Source: an uncultured delta proteobacterium (GTDB lineage: Bacteria > Myxococcota_A > Polyangia > Polyangiales > JAFGIB01). Taken from it: 64,000 nucleotides of DNA. The stretch covers positions 224,001 to 288,000 of the forward strand of contig CAVZVA010000003.1 of the NCBI GenBank assembly GCA_963778655.1. Direction: 5' to 3'. Below are positions 1-8,962 of the stretch, piece after piece; position 1 is the stretch's first letter; each line of letters begins with the position of its first letter. The position numbers were made by a program, and so were the translations under genes. The notes below the pieces were generated by a model. It worked only from the letters and a program-made list of their open reading frames with translations, searched no databases and had not been told where the DNA came from.

Positions 1-436
1 GGCTTCCCCGCGGCTCGGTCCCCGTGCGCAAGGTCTTGTTGCAGCCCGCGCAGGTCAGGCGCTTGGGCAGCGGCCCCGGCGGCAGCTCGCCGACGCGGCC
101 GCACGCGCCGCACACGTACGAGCGGACGTGAGAGGCGGCGGCCTGGGGCATCACCAGCGTACGCGCGCCCGCGCCGGCCTTCAGCAGCAGGCGCAGGCCC
201 TCGTGGCTCCACGGCAGCAGCACCTGTCCCATCCGCAGCTCGGCGCCCGGCCGCGTGCGCGCCGACGTGACCTGCTGGCCATCGACGAAGGTCCCGTTGG
301 CCGAGGACAGGTCTTCCACGATCAGCGAGCCACCCGACCAGGACAAGCGAGCATGGTGGTTGGAGACCGTCGGGTGGTCCAACACCACGTCGTTGTCGGG
401 CGCGCGGCCGATGGTCGCGTAGACGCGCCGTGGCAT
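1..436 (-). CDS. FHA domain protein with a CxxC..CxxC zinc ribbon (3' end runs off the window)
   Basis: Not in the ORF track. Manual translation from ATG at 436: MPRRVYATIGRAPDNDVVLDHPTVSNHHARL...VEDLSSANGTFVDG (FHA motifs GR, SxxH, NGT), then YVCGACG...LTCAGC. No stop before the window edge. Confidence 0.85.
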   Translation of the reverse strand, partial: MPRRVYATIGRAPDNDVVLDHPTVSNHHARLSWSGGSLIVEDLSSANGTFVDGQQVTSARTRPGAELRMGQVLLPWSHEGLRLLLKAGAGARTLVMPQAAASHVRSYVCGACGRVGELPPGPLPKRLTCAGCNKTLRTGTEPRGS

Positions 437-761
437 ACCCGCAGGATATCACCGTGGCAGCGGGACCGGGTCACCAGGGTGGGACCGGTTTGGCAACCGG
501 CTCCTTTCGGCGCGACGCACACCGGGCTTCATGAGCGCCTACGCGTGACTCGCCGCAAAGACGTGGAGCGTTCCCGGTCTCGTGCACGCCAGCGGCTTGG
601 CGGGGGCAGGGTCTGCGCGGGGGCGTAGAAGCGTGCCACTCGCCTACCGGCAAAGCCCCGAGTGGCGCCCTTCTCCGAGCACCGCTTGCGCGCCGTGGGA
701 TGAGCCTGCGACCGCCCGCCACCCGACGGCAAGTGCAAGCGGTGCGTCCCCCGCGCAGGCC

Positions 762-912
762 CCGCCCCCGCCGAGCCGCCCCTCGGCACAAGACCGATGA
801 CGCCCAAGCGGGGTCCGCCCTGCCAAGCCGCCTGCTCAGCACAAGGCCGAACGCGTGGCGGCCTCCGCCAGGACCGCGCCGCCTGTCCCACACGAGCCCG
901 AAGACTTCGGCG
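762..912. repeat. Degenerate ~51-52 bp tandem repeat, 3 copies
   Basis: GCCGCC at 775, 827 and 878, each followed by ...CAC(A/G)AG(A/G/C)CCGA and preceded by CCGCC. Confidence 0.5.
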
Positions 913-915
913 TCC

Positions 916-3291
916 CTACTGTTCCGGCTCCGCCGCGTCGTCGAGGAAAGCCGTCACCCAGGCGAGCGGGGCGTTCCAGTTGATCGCTACCTCGTTGGTC
1001 GAGAACGCCTCGATGTTGTCGATGAAGCACTTCTGCGGGGGCTTGCCGCGCAGCCCGGCGCCGCGCGCGTAGGGATCCTGCAGCCCGCTGTTGGGACCGC
1101 CCGACACGAAGCCCGGCGGCGGATCCGGCATGCCGGGCTTGGCCTGCGACGAGAAGAAGCGGTGGTGCGGGTGCAGCAGCGGCCGGGCGCCGTAGCCCGT
1201 GATGTACGACTGATCGAGCGGATTGCGCCCCAGGATGTAGTCCATCGCGCTCACCACCCCGTCCAGGTACTTCGGCTGCTGCGTGAAGTCGTACGCGAGC
1301 GCCAGCACCATGGCGTTGTTCAGCACGCACGAGCTCGAGCCCCACGGGTAGCTGTTGTCGGGCCCTGGTGCGAACGGCAGCCGGTAGCCCTCGTGCGCGC
1401 GCAGCCCGAGCAGCACGTCGGCCGCGGCCACCAGCGCCTTGCGCGCCAACGCGCGCTCTGCCTGCACGGCCGGATTGGCCGACAGCGCGAGGCTGATGGT
1501 GCCGGCGTTCTGCACGTTCTGCCAGGTCATCGCCGTGTGCTGGCCGGCGTCGTCCGCGCTCTGCGGCAGCGTGGTCGCGACCTTGCCCCAAAACGGAGAG
1601 CTCTCGAACGCATTGCGGTAGCTTTGCTCGCCCGTGGTCACGAACAACTCGACCGCCGCCCAGTAGCGCTCGTCGCTCAGGTCGTGGTCGGGGTAGGCGC
1701 CGCCGCCTACGCTCTTGTCCGGCGCCAGCACCTGCGGGTGCGCCTGCGCCGCCTTCCACGCGCGTACCGCCGCCTGCAAGCAGCGCGCGCTGAACGCCGC
1801 GTCGATCGGGCGGAAGATGCGGCTCGCCTGCGCCGCCACGGCCGCCAGGTTGAGCGTGGCCGCGGTGCTCGGCGGATACAGGTAGCGCGGCTCGTGGTCC
1901 TGATCCGGCGCGGTGCCGATCTCGGTCCAGGCGCGGTCGTGGATCTTGTGGTGCACCATGCCGGCGAGCGGCTGACCCTCGGGCACCTGCATCTTGAGCA
2001 GGAACTCCAGCTCGAAGCGCGCCTCGTCGAGCAGATCCGGAACCCCGTTGCCCGCCTCCGGGATCAGCATGCTCTTGTCGCCTACCCGCTGCAGGCCCTT
2101 GCCGAGCGCTGCGGCGCGCTCGTACTGGTCGAGCAGCGTGAACACCGCGATGCCGCCGTTGACCACGTACTTGCCTTGATCACCCGCGTCGTACCAGCCG
2201 CCGGCGACGTCGAGCGCGTAGTTGCAGCCCGAGCCCGGCGCGCACGGCACCGATTTGTCGCTGGTGTGCCCGGCCGGGCGCACCCACCGCGCCTCGCGCG
2301 CGTAAGGCAGCGTGATCGGGACTCCGCTGCGCTGGTGGTAGAAGAACGCGAGCGCATCATAGCGCAGGCGTGCATACAGATCGGCGCGGATCGCGAACGG
2401 GTGGCTCTCGTCCTGTCCCACGCGCAGGCGGTAGCCTTCCCCGGGCGTCTTCGCGCTCGAAAAGTCAATCTCGTGCACGCGGTCACCCGAGGCCGCGTCC
2501 ACCCCGCCCACCACCTGCGTGCTGCCGCTGGCGACCTGCTGCCCGTGCGCATCGAGTAGCTGCCACTGCAGCGGCTGCGCCGCCGCGCTCTTGACGGTCG
2601 CGAGCTTGGCCGCGTCCGGGAGGTAGCCGAGCTGGTTCACCAGCACGTTGGGAACGGGCGCCTTCTCCGCGGGCGGCGGGCGCGTGTAGTCGTCGTCCTC
2701 GAGCACCACGTCGTCGATGCACACCTGATAGGGCACGGGCCCGGCCGCCAGCTCGCCGCCGTCGTGGAACGCCAGCTCCGCGGTCGGGTCGTCGGGTTGC
2801 TGCATGATGATCTCCGCGCCGAACAGCTGCGGCGCGGTCGAAAGCTGGATGGTGTCGGCCCAGTACTCCGCGTAGGGCGGGCCGGCCATGCCCAGCTTGG
2901 GCCGCACGCGCAGCGGGCGACTGGCCCAGGCGCGGAAGCGCACGCGATAGCTGTGGCCGCGCTGGATCACGAGCTGGCGGTGCCGCACCTGCACGTCCCA
3001 GCGGTTCTTCCCCGGATTGCGCACCTGGATGCAAAAGGCGCCTCCGACCACGTCCCCGTCGCCATCGGCCGGCGCGCTGAACACGGTGCTCCAAGGCAAG
3101 CTGATGCCGCCGTCGAAGCTGCCGTTCTGCAGCAAATTGTGCGGCGAGCGCGGGTCAGCCGCGGCCGCAGCCCCGATCGGTACCGTGCCCGAAGGCGGCA
3201 GCAGGCACGCCGGCGCCGGCAGCACGAGCAAGCCCAGCGCGGCGAGCAGGTGGCGGCGCGGTTGCGCGTAGTGCAGGGCCGGACGGCGCAC
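916..3291 (-). CDS. Glycoside hydrolase family 9 cellulase (CBM4/9 - Ig-like - GH9)
   Basis: NLLQNGSFDGG (CBM4), VNQLGYLP..K (Ig-like), GGWYDAGD, YILGRNP, HPHHR and NEVAINWNA GH9 motifs; N-terminal signal-like segment. Confidence 0.95.
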   Translation of the reverse strand: MRRPALHYAQPRRHLLAALGLLVLPAPACLLPPSGTVPIGAAAAADPRSPHNLLQNGSFDGGISLPWSTVFSAPADGDGDVVGGAFCIQVRNPGKNRWDVQVRHRQLVIQRGHSYRVRFRAWASRPLRVRPKLGMAGPPYAEYWADTIQLSTAPQLFGAEIIMQQPDDPTAELAFHDGGELAAGPVPYQVCIDDVVLEDDDYTRPPPAEKAPVPNVLVNQLGYLPDAAKLATVKSAAAQPLQWQLLDAHGQQVASGSTQVVGGVDAASGDRVHEIDFSSAKTPGEGYRLRVGQDESHPFAIRADLYARLRYDALAFFYHQRSGVPITLPYAREARWVRPAGHTSDKSVPCAPGSGCNYALDVAGGWYDAGDQGKYVVNGGIAVFTLLDQYERAAALGKGLQRVGDKSMLIPEAGNGVPDLLDEARFELEFLLKMQVPEGQPLAGMVHHKIHDRAWTEIGTAPDQDHEPRYLYPPSTAATLNLAAVAAQASRIFRPIDAAFSARCLQAAVRAWKAAQAHPQVLAPDKSVGGGAYPDHDLSDERYWAAVELFVTTGEQSYRNAFESSPFWGKVATTLPQSADDAGQHTAMTWQNVQNAGTISLALSANPAVQAERALARKALVAAADVLLGLRAHEGYRLPFAPGPDNSYPWGSSSCVLNNAMVLALAYDFTQQPKYLDGVVSAMDYILGRNPLDQSYITGYGARPLLHPHHRFFSSQAKPGMPDPPPGFVSGGPNSGLQDPYARGAGLRGKPPQKCFIDNIEAFSTNEVAINWNAPLAWVTAFLDDAAEPEQ

Positions 3292-3476
3292 GGTGCCCTG
3301 CAGTGGTCCAGGCCGTCGCTGATCGGGTCAGTGAAAAAACCGCAGCGTCGTTCCCCGGGTGCGTGACCCGATGGATACGGGGGCGCCCCACAGAGTGGTC
3401 ACGATTGTCCAGGCACGGGAGAGGGGCGCGGTGCATGGCTGCGACCCGCCTGGTGCGCGCAACGAGGCGGTGCGTG

Positions 3477-4436
3477 ATGAGGATCTCGGTTGGCTCTTGG
3501 CTCGTGTTCGCAGTGGCGGTGGGATGGCTTGCATCCGGGTGCGCGTCGGCAGGCGACTCCGGCGGCCGCGGCGGCAGCGGCGGTCAGGGCTCGGGTAGCG
3601 GTGGCTCCGGATCGGCGGCGCAAGGATCCAACAACGGCACCACCGTGACCTATATGGGCGGGTCGAGCGCGGGCGGGAGCGGATCCTCGAGCGCGCAGGC
3701 CGGCAGCGGCTCCGGTGCTACGGGTGCTGCTGGCAGCGGCTCGGGCGAGAGCGGCAGCTCAGGCGGCGGCAGCTCCGCCGCCGTGGATTGCAGCGCCCTG
3801 CCGCTTCCCGCCAATTCCGACGACGTGATCTCGACGTTCGAGGACGGCACGGGCTCCGTCAGCCAGGTCGCGGGACGCGGGGGCGGGTTCTACATGTTCA
3901 ACGACGGGACCGGCACGCAGATGCCGCCGCCCGGCGCGCTGCCGGACGCGACCAAGGTCGATCGCTGCGACAGCATGTTCGCGCTGTGCATGTCCGGCAG
4001 CGGCTTCACCATGTGGGGCGCGGGCATGGGCACCGATCTCGGGCCCACCAGCGGCGGCGGTGACGGCGGCACGGGCACCAAGTCGCCCTACGACGCCAGC
4101 ATGTACAAGGGCATCAGCTTCTGGGCCAAGGCCAACGCGGGCTCGACCGGCGCGATTCGCGTGAGCCTCAAGGACAAGAACACCGCGCCCGAGGGCGGCG
4201 TGTGCGACGACAGCGTCAGCAGCGGCGCCACCGCCTGCAACGACGACTGGGGCAAGGCGCTCACGCTGACCATGGACTGGAAGCCGTACACCATCATGTT
4301 CGCCGACATGCGCCAGTCCGGCTGGGGTGCCGCGTACTCGGCCTTCGACGTCAAGAACGTCTACTCGTTGCAGTTCCAGGTCAACCAGGGTCTCGACTTC
4401 GACCTCTGCATCGACGACCTGGCCTTCGTTCGCTAG
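3477..4436 (+). CDS. Lipoprotein with Gly/Ser tether and C-terminal CBM11/CIA30-like galactose-binding-fold domain
   Basis: Lipobox LASGC; Gly/Ser linker; DASMYKGISFWAK, DWKPYTIMFADM, FDLCIDDLAF. Confidence 0.75.
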   Translation: MRISVGSWLVFAVAVGWLASGCASAGDSGGRGGSGGQGSGSGGSGSAAQGSNNGTTVTYMGGSSAGGSGSSSAQAGSGSGATGAAGSGSGESGSSGGGSSAAVDCSALPLPANSDDVISTFEDGTGSVSQVAGRGGGFYMFNDGTGTQMPPPGALPDATKVDRCDSMFALCMSGSGFTMWGAGMGTDLGPTSGGGDGGTGTKSPYDASMYKGISFWAKANAGSTGAIRVSLKDKNTAPEGGVCDDSVSSGATACNDDWGKALTLTMDWKPYTIMFADMRQSGWGAAYSAFDVKNVYSLQFQVNQGLDFDLCIDDLAFVR

Positions 4437-4504
4437 AGGCTACGCCAGAGCACGCGCAAGCGACGACGCGTTTGCGTTCCACCCACGACGACGGAAGAGG
4501 CCGC

Positions 4505-6280
4505 ATGCGCGCAGCGTTTGCCACCACCCTAGTACTGTGCTTCGGCAGCGCCGTCGCACACGCCCAACAATCCGACCAGGGCACAGCGACGCAGCCCGCG
4601 CCCGGCGATCAGCCGAGCGAGCCCGCACAGACCCTCGCGCCGTCGGCGACGTCGCTGGATCTGGCCCCGCCGTCGGAGGCCGCGCCAGCCGAGGTCGCGC
4701 AGCCAGCCCCGGCCCCGGCCCCGGCCCCGGCCCCAGCCCCGGCCCCGGCCCCGGCCCCGGCGAGCAGGGCACAACCGGCAGCGAGCGTCGAGCCAGCGGC
4801 AGCGCAGCCGGCCGCGACCACGACGAGCTCGGTGCCGCGCGCGGCGCCTCAGGTGGGCCTCGCCCCGGGCACCCCGCAGACGGGCACGCTGGAGCTGGCC
4901 GCGCCGGCGACACAAACCCTGACCACCACCCCCACCGAGAGCGAGTGGAAGTTCGACTTCCACGGCTTCATGCGCGCGCCGATGCGCGTGGGCTTCGGCT
5001 CGGGCAAGGGATTCGTGCCCGAGGCCGGCACCGGGCTCAAGCTCCACTCCCCGCCTCAGATCCCGGACGGTACCTTCACCGACTGGCGCTACACCAACAC
5101 CCAGCCCGGCCCTTGGGCGGAGCTGCACTTCTCGTACGGCAACACGCGCGTGACCGGCAACGTGCTGATCGCCGCCTACAACATGACCGACGGCGGCTAC
5201 CGCAACCTGCAATCTCAGCTCGGGATCAACCAGGCCTACATCACGCTCAACGAGGCCGACCTGCTCGGCGCCCACGGCGGCCTGATCTGGAACGTGGGCG
5301 TGTTCGCGAACCGCTACGGCGCGGCCGGCCGCTACGACGCGGGCGCCTACGACAGCTACCTGATTGGTCGCACGCACGTCGCGGGCGAGACGCTGACCGG
5401 CTTCTACAACCTGAGCGACACGCTCACGCTGACGCTCGAGCACGGCATCGGCGCCAAGCTCGAGATGCCGCCGCTGGTCGACGGCCTGCCCCAGCCGAAC
5501 CCGCCCTACTTGCCCTACGCCGGCCCGGTCCAGCAGGGCACGCAGCTGGTACACCACGCGCACGTGCAGCTCGCGTACACCGACGAGCTGCAGATTGGCG
5601 CGCACTACCTCAGCACCTGGACCGACGACGCGCGCTTGATGGGCGAGGTCGACGGCCGCATCACGGTGGTGGGCGCCGACATCAAGCTGGTGGGCAGCCG
5701 CTTTGGCGACGGCTACATCGGCTATGCGCACCTGAGCTCGCGCAATCCGCTGCGTGTGGGCGAGGGCCTCGAGCTGCTGCACTCGCTGGCCGGCTGGAAT
5801 CTGCGCGACAATTTCTTCGGTCCCGACGCCACCGGCAGCGGAACCATCGACAGCGTGCTGTGGCAGCACAGCTTCAGCTTCGCGCGCTTCTTGCGCTATC
5901 CGGAGGCGTTCTGGGGCCAGGGCCCAGACGTGGTGTGGTCGATCTTCGGCATGTACAACCACGTCGCCAGCAAGGACCCGATGTTCACCGGCGCCAAGGA
6001 CAAGCTCAAATGGGGCAGCGAGCTGGTGTACACGCCGTTTGGCTTCATGGGCATCGGCGGGCGCTACGACTGGGTGCAGCCCGACCTGTCGCACAGCAGC
6101 CAGAGCTTTCACGCGCTCTCGCCCAAGCTGATCTTCCGCTCGCAGTTCGTCAGCCACGAGCAGTTCGTGCTGCAGTACACGCACTACCTCAACGGCGACG
6201 GGGTGAGCCCCGCCTGGCCGAGCGTGGGCCTCAAGCCCGACCGGGACACCTTCATGGTGTCCGCGATCATGTGGTGGTGA
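4505..6280 (+). CDS. Outer-membrane beta-barrel, LamB/maltoporin-like carbohydrate porin with Pro/Ala-rich N-terminal extension
   Basis: Signal peptide ending AHA-Q; barrel begins FDFHGFMR (LamB begins VDFHGYAR); amphipathic strands; ends IMWW (LamB ends EIWW). Confidence 0.6.
   Translation: MRAAFATTLVLCFGSAVAHAQQSDQGTATQPAPGDQPSEPAQTLAPSATSLDLAPPSEAAPAEVAQPAPAPAPAPAPAPAPAPAPASRAQPAASVEPAAAQPAATTTSSVPRAAPQVGLAPGTPQTGTLELAAPATQTLTTTPTESEWKFDFHGFMRAPMRVGFGSGKGFVPEAGTGLKLHSPPQIPDGTFTDWRYTNTQPGPWAELHFSYGNTRVTGNVLIAAYNMTDGGYRNLQSQLGINQAYITLNEADLLGAHGGLIWNVGVFANRYGAAGRYDAGAYDSYLIGRTHVAGETLTGFYNLSDTLTLTLEHGIGAKLEMPPLVDGLPQPNPPYLPYAGPVQQGTQLVHHAHVQLAYTDELQIGAHYLSTWTDDARLMGEVDGRITVVGADIKLVGSRFGDGYIGYAHLSSRNPLRVGEGLELLHSLAGWNLRDNFFGPDATGSGTIDSVLWQHSFSFARFLRYPEAFWGQGPDVVWSIFGMYNHVASKDPMFTGAKDKLKWGSELVYTPFGFMGIGGRYDWVQPDLSHSSQSFHALSPKLIFRSQFVSHEQFVLQYTHYLNGDGVSPAWPSVGLKPDRDTFMVSAIMWW
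4703..4761 (+). repeat. (CCGGCC)n hexamer tandem repeat encoding a (PA)n linker
   Basis: About 10 units visible directly. Confidence 0.9.
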
Positions 6281-6297
6281 GCCCCGCGCGGGCGCGC

Positions 6298-7464
6298 TCA
6301 GCCGAACAGGCGCGCCGACGCGATCCGCGCGCCTTCGACCAGCGCGCGCAGCTTGGCCCAGGCGATCTCGGGCACGACGTTGCTGGCGCCGGCCGAAGTC
6401 TCCAGGCCGCAGTCGGTGCCGGCGATCACGCGCGAGGGGGCCCCCAGCGCGCGCGCGACCAGCAGCAGCCGGTCGGCGACCGCTTCGGGGTGCTCGACGT
6501 AATTGGTGGTGGTGTCGATCACGCCAGGAATCAGCAGCGCGTTCTGCGGCAAGCAGCCGCTTTCGAAGAGATGGTACTCGTGGCTGTGACGCGGATTGGC
6601 CATCGACAGCAGAAAGGCTCCAGCGCGCACTCGGGCAAGCTCGGGCCAGATGTCCTGCAGCGCGACGTCGAGGTCGTGGGCGCCCTCGTAGTTGCCCCAG
6701 CACACGTGCAGGCGCACGCGCTCGGGAGGCACGCCTGAAAGCGCGCGGTTGAGCGCGTCCACGACCACGCGCATGAACGCCAGAAACTCGGACAGCGGCT
6801 TGTCCTGAAACAAGGTGTGGCGCTCGAGCGCGAGGTCCGGCGCGTCGATCTGAAGCACGAAGCCGTGGTCGGCGATCACGCGGTATTCGGTGTGCAGCGC
6901 CTCGCCGAGCGCCCCGACGTAGCTCTCGAGGTCGTCGTAGAACGCGTTCTGCATCGCCGCGGCCACGATCCCCGGCGAGGGCGAGGACACGAACGCCTCG
7001 CGATAGGCGCCGCAATGGGGCTCGAGCAGGCGCCGCAGCTGCGCGCACTCCTGCTCGATCGGCGTTGCTGATACGTAGCGCACCTCAGCGACCGCTTGCG
7101 GCGCGTGCAGCAAGTCGACGTTGGCGCGCAGCCCGCGCACCCGCCTGCGCTCCTCCAAGTAGCTCGGATAGCGCAACAGATCGCCCATCGCGCGGCGCTG
7201 GCTCTGGCCGCCGAAGCCGCTCATGCGATGGCGCAGGTAGGTGAAGAAGCTCTCGCGCGCAACCTCGCCGTTGTTGATCAGGTCGAGGCCGAGCTCGAGC
7301 TGGCGCGCGATCACCTCGGCGGTGGCGGCGTCGGCGAGCGCCTGCAGCTGCGCCGGGTCGACGACCTCGCCGCGCGCCTGTGCCGCCTGCAGCGCGCTCA
7401 GCGCCGCCGGCCGCGGCAAGCTGCCCGCGTGCGTCGTCAGGATGCGCGTTTGGCTCCGCTCCAT
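6298..7464 (-). CDS. Cobalamin-independent methionine synthase II family protein (MetE C-terminal-like)
   Basis: RILTTHAGSLPRP, LQIDAPDL, LHVCWGN, PGVID, TDCG Zn-ligand motifs. Confidence 0.9.
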   Translation of the reverse strand: MERSQTRILTTHAGSLPRPAALSALQAAQARGEVVDPAQLQALADAATAEVIARQLELGLDLINNGEVARESFFTYLRHRMSGFGGQSQRRAMGDLLRYPSYLEERRRVRGLRANVDLLHAPQAVAEVRYVSATPIEQECAQLRRLLEPHCGAYREAFVSSPSPGIVAAAMQNAFYDDLESYVGALGEALHTEYRVIADHGFVLQIDAPDLALERHTLFQDKPLSEFLAFMRVVVDALNRALSGVPPERVRLHVCWGNYEGAHDLDVALQDIWPELARVRAGAFLLSMANPRHSHEYHLFESGCLPQNALLIPGVIDTTTNYVEHPEAVADRLLLVARALGAPSRVIAGTDCGLETSAGASNVVPEIAWAKLRALVEGARIASARLFG

Positions 7465-7549
7465 CGCCCGCACCGGCGAGCGCGGGGGGCGCACACCGGT
7501 GCAGGCAGGCTAGCACGCCCGTGGCACGCCTGGGACGGCGTGCCCGGCG

Positions 7550-8737
7550 CTACGGCATGCAGCAGCTGTTGCTGGAGTGCTGGGCGACGCAGTCGGCCGT
7601 CATCTTGGCCCAGATCGCCTGAGCCATCGCGGCCGAGCCCATGGAGTTGGGATGGATGTCGCCGGCCGCGAAGTACTCCGGGTGGTTCTCGAAGACGGGG
7701 ATCAGATCCACGAAATGACAGCGGACCTTGCCGGTCCTCTGGAACGTGCCCTCGCACTGTGCCTTGATCATCGGCAGCGCGTAATCGAGGGTCGCGTTCG
7801 GATCGTCTCCACCGAGCGCCGTGCCGTTGGGCACGTGCGGGTAGAAGAAGTACAGCACGTCGGTAACGCCGACCTCGGCCATGCGATCGAAGAGCTTGTC
7901 GGCGGTGTCGAACGATTGCTTGACAATCATCTGGCAGATCGGATCGCTGGCCGCGTTCGACTCGTTCTTGCAGTTGGCGGTGGGGTACATCGTCGCGTCG
8001 GGAATCAGGATGTCGTTGCCCCCGCCATCCATCACCACGAACTTGATGTTGGGATCGGCCGAGACCGCGCTCTCGAACTGATCGGGAATCAGCTGCGCGA
8101 TCCCGCCCTGCGCCATCGAGGCGCCGCCCTGCGCGTACAGACGCCAGGTCTCGCCGGCCACGTTGGCGAGGTCCGCCGGCAGCGTGTGCGAGGCCCAGTT
8201 GATGTACGAGTCGCCGATGATCACGGTCTGGCTCGCGCTCTGCTCGCACGGCGGCTTGTCGCCGCCGCCGCTCATACCCGCCATGCCGCTCATACCCGCC
8301 ATGCCGCTCATGCCTGCGGTGCCGCCGCTCATACCCGCCGTACCGCCGCTCACGCCACCGGTGCCGCTGCCGGCGGTGCTACCCGCGCTGCCGGCGCCGA
8401 CGCCGCCCGTACCGGACGGAACCCCGGCGCCTGCACCGCCGCCGCCCGCCGGCATGCCGTTGCCGCCGGAGACTCCCGTGCCGCCCTGGCCGCTCGCAAG
8501 ACCGGTGTTGCCGGCGGCATTGCCGGCGCCCGGCGGGAGCGTACCCCCGGTGCCCGTGAGGCCGTCCATGGGCGTGCTGACGCCCGGGTTGCTCGGGTTG
8601 CCGCTGTTGTTTTTCGAAGCCGCGCAGCCGGCGCCGAGGCCAGCGAGCGCACCGATCAAGGAAACCAAGAAAGGTCCGCGAAGCGACGCTGTAAGCCAAC
8701 CGTAAGCCCGCTCGGGGCCTTGCCCAACATCAATCAT
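7550..8737 (-). CDS. SGNH/GDSL hydrolase lipoprotein with Gly/Met-rich tether
   Basis: Lipobox GAGC; IIGDS, GGAS, GGGND and DIHPN blocks; start codon uncertain. Confidence 0.85.
   Translation of the reverse strand: MIDVGQGPERAYGWLTASLRGPFLVSLIGALAGLGAGCAASKNNSGNPSNPGVSTPMDGLTGTGGTLPPGAGNAAGNTGLASGQGGTGVSGGNGMPAGGGGAGAGVPSGTGGVGAGSAGSTAGSGTGGVSGGTAGMSGGTAGMSGMAGMSGMAGMSGGGDKPPCEQSASQTVIIGDSYINWASHTLPADLANVAGETWRLYAQGGASMAQGGIAQLIPDQFESAVSADPNIKFVVMDGGGNDILIPDATMYPTANCKNESNAASDPICQMIVKQSFDTADKLFDRMAEVGVTDVLYFFYPHVPNGTALGGDDPNATLDYALPMIKAQCEGTFQRTGKVRCHFVDLIPVFENHPEYFAAGDIHPNSMGSAAMAQAIWAKMTADCVAQHSSNSCCMP
8271..8353 (-). repeat. 18/21-bp tandem units encoding GMSGMA / GMSGGTA
   Basis: ctcatacccgcc(atg/gta)ccg units visible directly. 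Confidence 0.8.
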
Positions 8738-8962
8738 CTCAACTCCTCCACCTCAGCCCTGGCGCGCTCAGCCGCGCGTCCAAACGACCCCGAATGGGAG
8801 CCAATCAACGCACATGACACATGGCACTGCGATGTGGACGCGGGCAATCCGCTGCGCTCGTCCGCGCGCTCAGAAGACTATCTCGGCAGCTCAACTCTGC
8901 ACCGGCGCGTTGGCAGCCGGGCGTCGCGCACCTGCTGCTTGCTCCCGCGGCTGCCGCGCCAC

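Noticed and set aside
762..912. Mini CRISPR array
   Set aside because: Repeats are too degenerate, the spacers resemble each other, and there are no cas genes in the window
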